Source: Centroscyllium fabricii (lineage: Eukaryota). Taken from it: a DNA stretch of 64,000 nt. Positions 25,170 through 37,275 of the stretch are shown piece after piece (within the stretch, counting starts at the first letter, position 1; each line of letters starts with the position of its first letter). The DNA lies in NCBI GenBank assembly GCA_051313645.2, contig JBNRSN020000008.1:10230001-10294000 (forward strand). The letters are read 5' to 3'. The position numbers and the translations under genes are program-made. The notes below the pieces were generated by a model. It was given only the letters and a program-made list of their open reading frames with translations, made no database searches and was not told where the DNA came from.

Positions 25170-25481
25170 AATCATAGAATCCCTACAGTGCAGATAGAGG
25201 CCATTTCAGCCCATCGAGCCTGCACCGACACATATCCCACCCTATCCCCGTAACCCCACATATTCAATCCCCCTAACACTAAGGGTCAATTTATCCTGGC
25301 CAATCAACCTGACCTGCACATCTTTGGACTGTGGGAGGAAACCGGAGCACCCGGAGGAAACCCACGCAGACACGGGGAGAATGTGCAAACTCCACACAGA
25401 TAGTCACCCGAGGCTGGATTTGAACCCGGGTCTCCAGTGCGGTGAGGCAACAGTGCTAACCACTGTGCCACCGTGCCGCCG
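25170..25481 (-). mobile_element. HE1-type SINE
   Basis: V-domain and tRNA-like head on the reverse strand. Confidence 0.8.
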
Positions 25482-26754
25482 ATAGGGTAGACATACAGAA
25501 AACGTTTCCACTCGTGGGGCAATCCAAATCAATATAAGATGAAGATAGCCACTAATAAATCCAGTGGGGAATTCAGGAGAAACTTCTTTACCCAGAGGGT
25601 GGTGAGAATGTGGAACTCACTACCACAGGGAGTGGTTGAGGTGAAGAGCAGAGATACATTTAAGGGGAAGCTGGATAAACACATGAGGGAGAAAGGAATA
25701 GGTTATGTTGATCGGGTGGGAGGAGGCTTGTGTGGAGCACAAACACTAACATGGACCTGTTGGACTGAATGGCCTGTTTATGTACTGTAACTGTTATGTA
25801 ATTCTATGTAATATGATAAAGAGCTGTGAGGTGTACAAGAGTAAATGTTCAGATTACTGTACATGCTCCTGCCACAGAGAACCTGCTGGGAACATATTTT
25901 TATTTATGTTCAGGATGTGGGCAAAGGCCTCATTTATTGCCCATCCCTAGCTATCCTGCCGCCCACCACCACCTTGTTCCGATACGGCCGTCAGGGTGTT
26001 GAGGGCCCCACAACGCTGTCAGGTAGGGAATGCCCAGATTCTGACCAGGGACGGTGAAGGAACGGCGCCACGTGTCCACGTCAGGACGGTGTGCGACCCG
26101 AGAGGGGATTGTGGAGGTGCTGTCGTCCTTCTCGCTGGTAGAGGTCGCAGGGGGAGTGACGACCGCGCGCGCACGAGCCACGCTCTTGCGTCCAACGGCT
26201 GTTTTCCCAATTTATTGGCCGGCATTCCCACCACTCAAGATTCCGCGCCGGGACATGCAATGGGCAGGTTGACCCAACAAGAGTCTGCGGTATGCAGGAA
26301 TATCAGAGCTATGAGGACAGAGCAAGGGGAGTGGGACTAATCGGAGAGCTCTTTCAAAGAGCCAGCACGGGCACGATGGGCTGAAAGGCCTCCGTCTTCT
26401 GTGGTATATGATTCTATGATAAATAAATCTGGTTACAAGTGTAATTCTGGCCTCCTGCGTATCCCCGATTTCCTTTGCTCCACCATTGAGGGCCGTGCCT
26501 TCAGCTGCTCAGGCCCGAGGCTCCGGAATTCCCTCCCTAAGCCTCTCCGCCTCTCGCTCCTTCTTTAAGACACTTCTTAAATCCTACCTCTTTGACCTGT
26601 CCTAATAGCTCCAAATGTGGCTCGATGTGAATTTTTGTTTGATAACGCTCCTGTGAAGTGCCTGGGACATTTTTTACTGAGTTGTATCTGCTGGTTTGAT
26701 GTTGCCACTGCCCATTCCTCACTGATGTCCCTGTGCGATCCATTCCTCTTACAG

Positions 26755-26831
26755 ACATTTAACAAGCAGGGTGCAGGTGGGCTCTCCCATTACAATGGTG
26801 CTGATGCAGATGCCTCACATGAAACAAAAAG
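26755..26831 (+). CDS. CATIP: CATIP coding exon
   Basis: cttacag/gtacag boundaries; HLTSRVQVGSPITMVLMQMPHMKQK (recalled HLAKRIQVGSP); absent from the ORF track. Confidence 0.9.
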
Positions 26832-26914
26832 GTACAGTGACTTTTATACATCCTATGCTGCTTGAGGAAATGGGGAAACGTCTTCACACAGAGGGCTGTT
26901 CAGTTTTGGAACCA

Positions 26915-27142
26915 TAATGTGGAGGTGCCGGTGTTGGACTGGGGTGGACAAATGCAAGAAGTCACACAACACCAGATTATAGTCCAACGGTTTTATTTTA
27001 AATCACAAGCTTTCGGAGCGTTCTGCCCCTTCGTCAGGTGAACAGAGAAGGGGCACCTGACGAAGGGGCAGAACGCTCCGAAAGCTTGTGATTTAAAATA
27101 AAACCGTTGGACTATAATCTGGTGTTGTGTGACTTCTTGCAG
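26915..27142. mobile_element. Penelope-derived palindrome with two intact minimal hammerhead ribozyme cores in opposite orientation
   Basis: Inverted arms of about 90 bp around 27047; CAC-CTGACGA-AGGGGC-agaac-GCTCC-GAAA-GCTT-GTG on both strands. Confidence 0.75.
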
Positions 27143-27394
27143 TTTTGGAACGCGCTACCTGAAAGGGCGGAAGAAGCAGTTTCCAGAGGAACTTTCAAAA
27201 GGCAATTGGACATGTGCTTGATAAGAGCTCGTTTGTAAGGTTTTTGGGAAAGAGCTGGGGCTGTGGGACAAAATTGGATAGCTCTTTCAACAGGCACGAC
27301 GGACCAAATGGCCTCCTGCTGTGCTGTAAGATTCTATGATTCGAGGATCTGCTGTTTCACCTTAGTAATATTTGTTTATTTAAACAATGTACAG

Positions 27395-28360
27395 TAACTG
27401 TAGGAAGCATAGGAGTATCCTCCGGACTCAGAGGAAAACCACAAACAATGCATGCAGGGCAGAGTTAGGCCAATATCCACTATTAATTAATATCCAAAAA
27501 AGAGCCATCAAATTTTGGAAACATCTAAAATTGAGCAACCCCCACAGCTATCACTACAAAACCCTGAAATGCCAAGAAGCGAACATAAAGAGAAGTCCCC
27601 TCAGCCAACTGGTCCTGGGACTTAGTGAAGTAACTACTAACACTATTGGTAACAACCAGCCCCAGGACAGTGACATCCTAGCACACAGAATTCAACCCAA
27701 CACAATTATTACTAAACAAAGAGAAAAATATTTGACATATTGGACAGAAACGACAAAAACCCAAAACAAACTAGATTGTTATTTGGCCCTAAACAGACCG
27801 TACACCATGGCTGATTACCTGACCATGGTGAAAGATAGCAAACTGAGAAAAACCCTGACAATGTACAGACTTAGTGAGCACAGTCTAGCCATCGAAAAAG
27901 GCAGACACAGACAGACAGACGGCTGCCCAGAGAGTAAAAGCTGTGCTCCCACTGCAGTCAGGGAGTGGTGGAGACAGCTGCATTTCCTCACAACTTGTGA
28001 AAACTATCAGAGCATAAGGGGGAATTTCTACCCAAAATTCGTAAAAACATGCCCTGAATTCAAAAATTTGAACGACCACCAAAACCCCCCATATCTATTG
28101 GGGGAACAGAGGAACTGTATAAAATTAGCGGCGATCTACGTCACAGCTTGCCATAAGCAGAGGGACAACCAGTGACCATTGAAGCTAAGAAGAGTATGAG
28201 ATTTATATGTGTGTATATATGTATATGTTTGCATAGTTATCCATTCACTGTATGTCTAGTTATGCATTTGTATGTTCAATTGTATATGTTCTTTTTCTGT
28301 GCTTTGGCAACATAAGATGTATCTTGTCATGCCAATAAAGCAATTTGAATTGAATTGAAA
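27395..28360 (+). mobile_element. RTE-X-like LINE 3' fragment
   Basis: NNACRAELGQYPL, YRLSEHSLAIEKGRH motifs; tail gccaataaagcaa(ttgaa)n. Confidence 0.6.
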
Positions 28361-30900
28361 AATTGAATGTCACAGTGATAGGGAGGAGCGAGATGATGGA
28401 GCTCTAACACTGACACAGCCAACCACTGCCCTGCCTATGCTCGGAAACTCTCCCGAAATCGCTCTGCCATGTTACTTCTCTCCCTTCCTTCAAAAGCCTC
28501 CCCAAAACCTCTCTGACTATGCTTGGTCAGCTTCCTCAATGCCCACCGTTTCCCCCCCCTCACACCGTTAAATGCCTTGTGATGCTTCATTACGAAGGAA
28601 GAACTCCCATTTCCACAGCGCCTTTCACAGCCTCAGGATGTCCCAATGCGCTTTACAGCCAATGAAGTACATTTTGAAGTGTAATGTAGGAAACTCAGCA
28701 GCCAATTTACACACAGCAAGCTCCCACAAACAGCGATGTGATCAGGGCCAGATAATCTGTTTTTGATGACTTGGTTGAGGGATAAATATTGTCCAGGACA
28801 CCGGGGAGAACTCCTGTGCTCTTCTTCGAAATAGGGCCGTGGGTTCTGTTACGTCCACCCAAGAGGGCAGGTTTGGGAGGTTTTTTTTTTTATTCATTGA
28901 TGGGATGTGGGCGTCGCTGGCTGGCTAGGCCTGCATTTAGTGCCCATCCCTAATTGCCCTTGAGAAGATGGTGGTGAGCCGCCTTCTTGAACCGCTGCAG
29001 TCTTATTGTTTTTCGTAGCGGTTGTTTACAACTGAGTGGCTTGCTAGGCCATTTCAGAGGGCATTAAGAATCAAACACATTGCTGTGGGTCTGGAGTCAC
29101 ATGTAGGCCAGACCAGGCAAGGACGGCAGATTTCCTTCCCTAAAGGGCATTAGTGAACCAGATGGGTTTTTGCAACAATCGACAATGGTATCACGGTCGC
29201 CATTACTAAGACTAACATTTAATTCCAGAATTAAATTGAATTGAATTTAAATTCCACCAGCTGCCGTGGTGGGATTTGAACCCATATCCTCAGAGCATTC
29301 TGACTGAGCCTCTGGTTTACTAGTCTAGTGACATAACCACGATGCCACCGCCTCCCCCTGTACGGTGCTGTCGAAGAAGCCTTGGCAGGTTGCTGCAGTA
29401 CATCTTAGAGATGGTATGCACTGCACTCACATTGCTGCAGGGAGTGAATGGGTAAGGTGGTGGATGGGGTGCCAATCAAGTGGACTTGCCTATCGCAGAC
29501 GTGAAGGTTAGAAGCCCTCAGCCACTTGAATGAGGTGGCCCAGTCCAAACATAACACTGCTATTCCCCCAGCACCAGGGCCCACACGTGTGCATTGGTCA
29601 AGGTTTGGGTTATCATCAGAACATATAGAATGTGAACTGGCCGTTCGATCAATCAAGCTCACTCTACGTGGTGAGAAGCGAGGATCTGTGGAGGAGCAGA
29701 GCGATTTAGGGGTCCGTATACAAAAGCTAGTGAACAGGTACAAAAATAAATGCAAGTCACACAACACCAGGTTATAGTCCAACAGTTTTGTGCGCCGGTT
29801 TCCTCCCACAGTCCAAAGATGTGCGGGTTAGGTTGATTGGCCATGATAAATTGACCCTTAGTGTTAGGGGGATTAAATATGTGGGATTACGGGGATAGGG
29901 TGGGATATGTGTCGGTGCAGCCTCGATAGGGATTGAGGGATATGGGGACAGGGTACTGAGTTTGAATGATCAGCCATGATCTCATTGAATGGCGGAGCAG
30001 GCTCGAAGAGCCGAATGGCCTGCTCCTATCTTCTATGTTTCTAAAGGATGTCCTAACATAAAAGTCAGCCGGAGATCAAAGGATGCAGTCACAAAGGGTC
30101 AAATGTTACAGTCTGCTGTCTGTGAAAATAAAACTGTTGGACTATAACCTGGTGTTGTGTGACTTCTTGCATTTGTCCACCCCAGTCCAACACTGGCACC
30201 TCCACATCATAGGTACAAAAATAATTTAAGGCTAATGCAATGTTAGCCTTCCTCTGAAGCGGGCAGGAATACAGAATGATGGAAGTTATGTGACAGTTAT
30301 ATAAAGTTAGATATTAGACTGCATCTGGAGTGCTGGGCCCCGCCCCTCAGGAAGGATATATCGGCCTCGGAGGGGGAGCAGCGCAGATTCACCAGAATGA
30401 TCCCGGGGCTAAAAGGGTTAAATTAGGAGGCCAGGTTGCACAGACTGGGCTTGTGTTCCCCTCGAGTTTAGAAGATTAAGGGGTGATCTAATCGAGGGGT
30501 TTAAGATGATTATATCAATATGAAATCTGGAACTCTCTCCCCCAAAACGCTGTTGAGGCTGGGGTGGGGGGGGTTGGGGTTCAATTGAAAATTTCAAAAG
30601 TGAGATGGCTAGATTTTTGTTGGGTAAGGATATTAAGGGTTACAGAACCAAGGCGGATTCTATCATTCAACCCTGGCCCTCCGCAGACAACATTCCCCAC
30701 CCTTGCCCTGCCTCCATCTGTACTTGGCCCCTTTAATCTCCAGTGGAGCTCCGGATATGTTAACTGGCTCCTTTTGATTGGCACAGCATCCACTGCTTTT
30801 GCTGGGGTCCGTCCTTCATGGTGTCTTCAACTGGATTTACATGAGAGTTTTATATTATTATCGACTTAAGAAATGTTCTTGTGTTTCTGAACTTTCGTAG

Positions 30901-30989
30901 ATGAAGAGGAACCCAAACCAGTCTTTGAGAAGAAGCCCCTGGACTGGGAGCAGGACATGCAGCTGTACTTTAAATTTATCGACAGAACG
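30901..30989 (+). CDS. CATIP: CATIP coding exon
   Basis: ttcgtag/gtacca boundaries; [30 protein letters not shown] (recalled [24 protein letters not shown]). Confidence 0.92.
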
Positions 30990-32829
30990 GTACCAGCTAA
31001 TAACTATTCGGGCCGGGACTGGACTTGCACTGGACATAAGATGTTGAAAATGTGTTCACTTCCTTCCCCTGTCCATTCAGAAAAATAAAAACAAAAACTG
31101 CCACAGATGAGCAATGTTTCAATACATTGAGTTGCACCATGTTGGATCCCTGGTCCAGTGCATTGAGTTGCAGCATGCTGGGTCCCTGCCGCAGTGCATG
31201 AGTTGCGGCATGCTGGGTCACTGATATTCCAAGCACACTGTTCATTGTGTCAGTCTCCAGTGACTCAGTTGGGGTCCAATTGCTTCCCCTCCAAAAGGAT
31301 GGTGACCAACCCCCCTACCCTACTTGTGCACTTCCTGGTGGCCAATTGGAGAGAGCTGAGAGGGTGGTAGTTGCTATGGGGAGACCTTAAAAAGGATAAG
31401 CAAAGAGTCATAGAGTAAGACAGCACAGAAAGAGGCCCTTCGGCCCATCGCATCCGTGCCGCCCATCAATCCCAGTCTATACTACTCCCATTTTCCCACA
31501 TTTGGTCCGTAGCCTTGTATGCTGTGGCATTTCAAGTGCTCATCCAAATGCTTCTTGAATGTTGTGAATGTTCCCGCCTCTACCACCCTCTCAGGCAGCG
31601 AGTTCCAGATTCCAACCACCCTCTGGGTGAAAATGTTCTTCCTCACATCCCCACGATACCTCCTGCCACTTACCCTGAAATTATGCCCTCTTTTAAAACT
31701 TGTTACTGGGTGAGTTAGCACATCTTTCACCTCTGGGACCTGGCTTTGAATACAACAACAACAACAACAACTTGCATTTATATAGCGTCTTTAACGTAGC
31801 AAAATGACCCAAGGCGCTTCACAGAAGCGTTATCAAATTTTGACAACAAGCCACATACGGAGATATTAAGGACAGGCGAGGTAATTTTTTTTAAGGAGCG
31901 TCTTAAAACAAGGAGAGAGAGACGGAGAGGTTTAGGGCGGGAATTCCAGAGCTTCAGGCCCGGGCAGCTGAAGGCACGGCCGCCAATGGTGGAGCGATTA
32001 CAAATCATTGCTGTGCAAAAAGCCATAATTAATTGGAGGAGTGCAGAGATCTTGGAGAGTTGTAGGGCTTGTGGAGGTTACTTTCCACTTTCCAGCTCTT
32101 GATCCGTAGCCCTGGAGTTTACAACACTTCAAGTGCGTACCCAAGTACTTCTTAAATGTGATGAGGGTGTCTGCCTCTACCACCTCTCAGGCAGAGAGTT
32201 CCAGACCCCCACCACCCTCTGAGTGAACAAAGTTCTCCTCAACTCCCCTCTAAACCTCCAACCAATTACTTTAAATCTCTGCCCCCGGGTTATTGGCCTC
32301 TCTGCTAAGGGAAATAGGTCCTTCGTATCCACTCGATTTAGGCCCCTCAATTTTATACACTTTAATTAAATCCCCATGGGGATTAGCTGGGAATTAGAAA
32401 TGGGTGAATAGAGTGGCACTGTTCTCAGATTAGAACAGGGTAAGAGCGTTTCCAGTTGTGTGTGCTGTTTATTCAAACACACAATCCTATTACTGAGGGA
32501 CACCATCCCTCCGTACTGAGGGAGTACTACATTGCCAGACGCACTGCCTGTCGGATGAGATCTCTGCCCCACTCAGGTGGATGTAAAAGATCCCGTTTGG
32601 TACTATTCAAAGAAGAGCAGGGAAGTTCTCCCCAGTGTCCACATTTCCTCACCCAACATCACCAAAAATAGAACTGATCATTTATCACGTTGCTGTTTGT
32701 GGGATTTGCTGTGCGCAAATTGGCTGCCGCGTTTCCTACATTAAAACAGTGAACGCTTGAAAAGTACTTCATTGGCTGTAAAGCGCTTTGAGACGTCCTG
32801 AGGCTGTGAAAGGCGCTATAGGAAAGTTT

Positions 32830-33135
32830 ATCTACCTTCCAATTTGAGCACAGCAAGCTCCCACAAACAGCAATCTGCTAATGACCAGATCATCTGTTTT
32901 AGTGATGTTGGTTGAGGGATAAATATTGGCCCAGGACGCCAGGGAGAACCCCCCCCCCCCCCCCACCCTGCTCTTCTTCCAAATAGTGCAACGGGATGTT
33001 TAACGGCTCATCCGAAAAACGGCAACTCTGACAGTGCGGCGCTCCCTCGGTACTGCACTGGAGTGTCAGCCTGGATTGTATGCTCAAGTCTCTGGAGTGG
33101 GACTTGAACCCACGACCTCCTGACTCAGAGGCGGG
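32830..33135 (-). mobile_element. Deu-domain SINE (SacSINE1-like)
   Basis: Reverse complement of the family consensus seen elsewhere in the window. Confidence 0.65.
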
Positions 33136-33257
33136 TGTGAGGGAGTGCGGGGATGTGGGGTGGGGGTGAGGGAGGGGGGTGGTGATGCTAGCCCTACCAT
33201 GACCGAGTCCAGTGTCCTTCCCTCAGTCATCCTACCTTGTAACCCATTCCAGCAGTT

Positions 33258-34405
33258 TAGAAACATAGAAGATAGGAGCAGGAGTAGGCCATTCGGCCCC
33301 TCGAGCCTGCTCCGCCATTCAATGAGATCATGGCTGATCTTTCAAGTTCAGTACCCCGTCCCCGCCTTCTCTCCGTAACCCTTAATCCCTTTAGCCTGAA
33401 GAAATATATCCAATTCCCTCTTAAATATATTTAATGAACTGGCCTCCACTGCCCTCTGTGGCAAGGAATTCCACAGGCTCACCACTCTGGGTGAAGAAAT
33501 TCTTCCTCATATCTGTCCTAAATGGTTTACCCCTTATCCTTAGTTGGTTCCTCGACATATTGGTCCAGGTAACCGTCCCGTAAACATTCTAGGAATTCCT
33601 CCTCAGTATTTTTACTAATTTGGCTAGTCCAATCTATATGTAAATTAAAGTCACCGATGACAGCTGTGCCCTTATTGCACGCTTCTCTAATTTCCCTTTT
33701 TATGCCTTCCCCCACCTCCATATTACTGTTTGGAGGCCTATATACCACTCCCACTAAAGTTTTCCACCCCTTGCTATTTCTCAGTTCTACCCATATAGAT
33801 TCCGTATCATCCAAGTTAATATCCTTCCTTTCAATTGCGTTAATCCCTTCTTTCACCAGCAATGCTACCCCACCTCCCTTTCTTTTTTGCCGATCCTTCC
33901 TAAATATTGTATACCCCTGGATGTTAAGTTCCCAGCCTTGCCACCCCCCCTGCAGCCATGTTTCTGTAATCCCAATCAAATCATATTCGTTTACCTCTAT
34001 TTCCAGAGCTAATTCATCTACCTTGTTCCTAATGCTTCTTGCATTAAGATACAAAGCCTTCAGTCTTGCTTTTTTCACACTCTCTGAATTAGTTTGGCCC
34101 TTTGTGTTTCTCGTCTTTGCCTATTGCTTCTCACCCTTCTACCATTTATTTCTGGCTGCATATGACTTCCCTCTTTTCCACTACCTAGGTTCCCATCCCC
34201 CTGCCATGTTAGTTTAAATCCTCCCGAACAGCTCTAGCAAATATTACCCCGAGGACATCGGTACCATTCCCGCCCAGATGCAGACCGTCCATCTTGTACA
34301 GGTCCCACCTCCCGCAGAACTGGTTCCAATGCCTCAAGAATTTAAATCCCTCCCTCTTGCACCACTGCTCAAGCCACGTATTTAGCCTAACTATCCTGCT
34401 CTCTC
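33258..34405 (-). mobile_element. Internally deleted CR1 LINE (ORF1 end + APE endonuclease joined to the 3' end)
   Basis: LYLNARS, GITETW, GVVYRPP, GDFN endonuclease motifs; joined at about 33540 to the CR1 3' terminus. Confidence 0.8.
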
Positions 34406-34692
34406 TATTACTCTGTAAATAAGTATTACGTAGAATCTACGACACAGAAACAGGCCATTAGGCCCAACGGGTTCAAGAGGCGAGCGTGCTACCCACTGAA
34501 GCACGGCTAACACTTGAAAACTTTAGCAGACCCCGTACGATCGACTGAAGACAACAGAGTGGGCCCGACCGGCTCGCTGACCTTGTCTGGTTCCTGCCTT
34601 CGTCACCACACGCACACGCGCATTTTCGAAAACTTGCAGCATCACTTAACGGCGCCCGGAAGGAGTTGTTGACAGAGTCCCTTGTCTTTCAG

Positions 34693-34902
34693 GAGGAGCT
34701 GAAAGCAGACTACAGCAGCTACATGCGACACCACCCGGAACTGAGGTTCTTACTGGCCGACTTCCTGCAGTTCCTGCTCCTCCGGAAACCGCAGGACGTC
34801 CTCACCTTTGCTGCAGAGTATTTCGCCTCATTCTCCACCTTCAACACGGAGCAAACGCCCTTCCTGACCTCCAACAAGCCAAGTCCCTTCAAAGAACCTT
34901 AA
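34693..34902 (+). CDS. CATIP: CATIP last coding exon (RIIa-like dimerisation/docking region)
   Basis: ctttcag acceptor; EELKADYSSYMRHHPELRFLLADFLQFLLLRKPQDVLTFAAEYF..PSPFKEP*; ATTAAA just after the stop. Confidence 0.93.
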   Translation, partial: EELKADYSSYMRHHPELRFLLADFLQFLLLRKPQDVLTFAAEYFASFSTFNTEQTPFLTSNKPSPFKEP

Positions 34903-35285
34903 GATTTAATTAAAAGATGGAATATGTTGAGGTGCGAATCCACTGTCATTTCTGTAAGAACTTGCATTCATATGGCACCTTCAGCATTGTAAAACGTCCC
35001 AGGGAGTTTCACAGGAGTGTTAGCAAACAAAATCTGACACCGAGCACCATAAGCAGATATTAGGACCGGTGGCTGAAAGCTTGGTCAGAGAAGTGGGTTT
35101 TAAGGAGCATCTTAGAGAGAGAGGCGGAGAGGTTCAGGGAGGGAATTCCAGAGTTTAGAACCTGGCCTTGGCCGCCGATGGTGGGGCAATTAAAATTGGG
35201 GATGCGCAAGAGGCCAGAATTGGAGGAGCGCAGGGATCACGGAGGGTTGTAGAATCAGAGTCATACAGCACAGTAAGAGGCCCAT

Positions 35286-35680
35286 CGGCGGCACAGTGGT
35301 TAGCACTGTTGCCTCACAGCACTGGAGACCCGGGTTCAAATCCGGCCTCGGGTACTATCTGTGTGGAGTTTGCACATTCTCCCCGTGTCTGCGTGGGTTT
35401 CCTCCGGGTGCTCCGGTTTCCTCCCACAGTCCAAAGATGTGCGGGTTAGGTTGATTGGCCAGGATAAATTGACCCTTCGTGTTAGGGGGATTGAATATGT
35501 GGGGTTACGGGGATAGGGTGGGATATGTATCGGTGTAGGCTCGATAGGGATCGAGGGATATGGGGAGAGGGCAGGGACGGGGTACTGGGTTTGGATGATC
35601 AGCCATGATCTCATTGAATGGCGGAGCAGGCTCGAAGGGCCGAATGGCCTACTCCTGCTCCTATTTTCTATGTTTCTATG
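35286..35680 (+). mobile_element. HE1-type SINE, near full length
   Basis: ggcggcacagtggttagcac head, B-box ggttcaaatcc, V-domain, CR1 tail ttctatgtttctatg. Confidence 0.85.
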
Positions 35681-35684
35681 ATTT

Positions 35685-36270
35685 GAGTACAAGAGTAAAG
35701 ACGTCTTACTGCAATTATATAGGGCCCTGGTGAGACCACACCTGGAGTATTGTGTACAGTTTTGGTCTCCTTACCGGAGGAAGGATATACTTGCCATAGA
35801 GGGAGTGCAATGAAGGTTCACCAGACTGATTCGTGGGATGAGATTGGGGGGGTGGAAATTGTCTTATGAGGAGATTGAGTACACTAGACCTATATTCTCT
35901 GGAGTTCAGAAGAATGAGCGGTGATCTCATTGAAACATACAAAATTCTTGCAGGGTAGATGCAGGGACGATGTTTCCCCTGGCTGGGGAGTCGAGAACCA
36001 GGGGTCACAGTCTCAGAATAAGGGATCGGCCATTTAGGACTGATGGAGGAGGAATTTCTTCACTCAGGAGGATGGTGAATCTTTGGAATTCTCTACCCCA
36101 GAGGGCTGTGGCGCTTCAGTCATTGGATATACCCAAGACAGATTGATAGATATTTGAATGTCGCAGGATAGTGCAGGAAAGTGGAGAGGAGGTAGATCGA
36201 TCAGCCATGATCTTATTGAATGGTGGAGCAGGCTCGAGGGGCCGACTCTAGCTCCTTCTTATGTTCTTAC
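35685..36270 (+). mobile_element. Degenerate CR1 3' fragment
   Basis: [15 protein letters not shown]-like coding sequence followed by the 3' UTR. Confidence 0.75.
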
Positions 36271-36575
36271 CCAACAAATGTCTACTGCTCTCAGTCTTGA
36301 AAGCACCAATTAATTCCAGCCTGGGGGGGGGGGGGTCCAGATTTCCACTACCCATTGCATGAAATAGCATTTCCTGATTTTACTCCTGAATAGCCTAGCT
36401 CTAATTTTAAATCGTTTTAAATATAACAATAACTTGCATTTATATAGTGCCTTTAACAAAATAAAAGGTCCCAAGGCACTTCACAGGAACGTTATTAAAC
36501 AAAATTTGACACCGAGCTATATGGGCAGATAACCAAACGATTGGTCAAAGATGTCGGTTTTAAGGAGTCTTAAAG

Positions 36576-36577
<2 letters not shown>

Positions 36578-36611
<34 letters not shown>
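36578..36611. repeat. (GA)n microsatellite within an L2 3' UTR
   Basis: Perfect GA run. Confidence 0.9.
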
Positions 36612-36613
<2 letters not shown>

Positions 36614-37043
36614 GGAGAGGTTTAGGGAGGGAATTCCAGAGCTTCGGGCCCAGGCAGCTGAAGGCACAGCCGCCAATGATGGAGAAGACTTGGGGACGTG
36701 CGAGAGGTCAGAATCGGAGGCGTACAGAGTTCTCGGAGGGTTGTAGGGCTAGTGGAGGTTACAGAGATAGGGAGGGGGTGGGTGGGGCGGTGAGGCCATG
36801 GAGTAATTTGAAAAAAAAGGATGAACATTTTTAAACGAGGCGTTGCCGGACCAGGAGCCAATGTAGGTCAGCAAGCACGGGACTTGGTGCGAGTTAGGAC
36901 CATGGTTGCAGAATTTGAGATGACCTCAAGTTTACAGAGGGTAGAACGTGGGAGGCTGGCCAAGAGTGCATTGGAATTTAACCAGACCCATGTAACCTGA
37001 GCTTTCCCCCCACCCCCCACCCAATGTCCATTCATAATAAAAT

Positions 37044-37275
37044 TGACGTATCATTAATAAGACTCAAGACGAATAGTTACCTCAACTAAAGGCATTTATT
37101 AACTATAGAACTATAGAACAGAGCTGGTCTTTGGCTGAGCTCAGGACAGTAAATGACCGGGGGATGGTGAGCAGCCACCTATGCACTCCGACCTGAAGGG
37201 AGTAGTTAGAGGTGGGGCAGTTCCTGCAGCCAGGTATATACAGATATACAGTGTACCAGTAAGGACCTTACTGCA
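37044..37275 (-). mobile_element. Gypsy-family solo LTR
   Basis: Reverse complement ends gatacgtca like the 8588-8867 LTR. Confidence 0.55.

Noticed and set aside
31125-31225. Three 36-bp tandem units
   Set aside because: Small degenerate minisatellite with no sign of function.
35286-35365. tRNA gene
   Set aside because: A/B boxes belong to a SINE head that continues into the V-domain.
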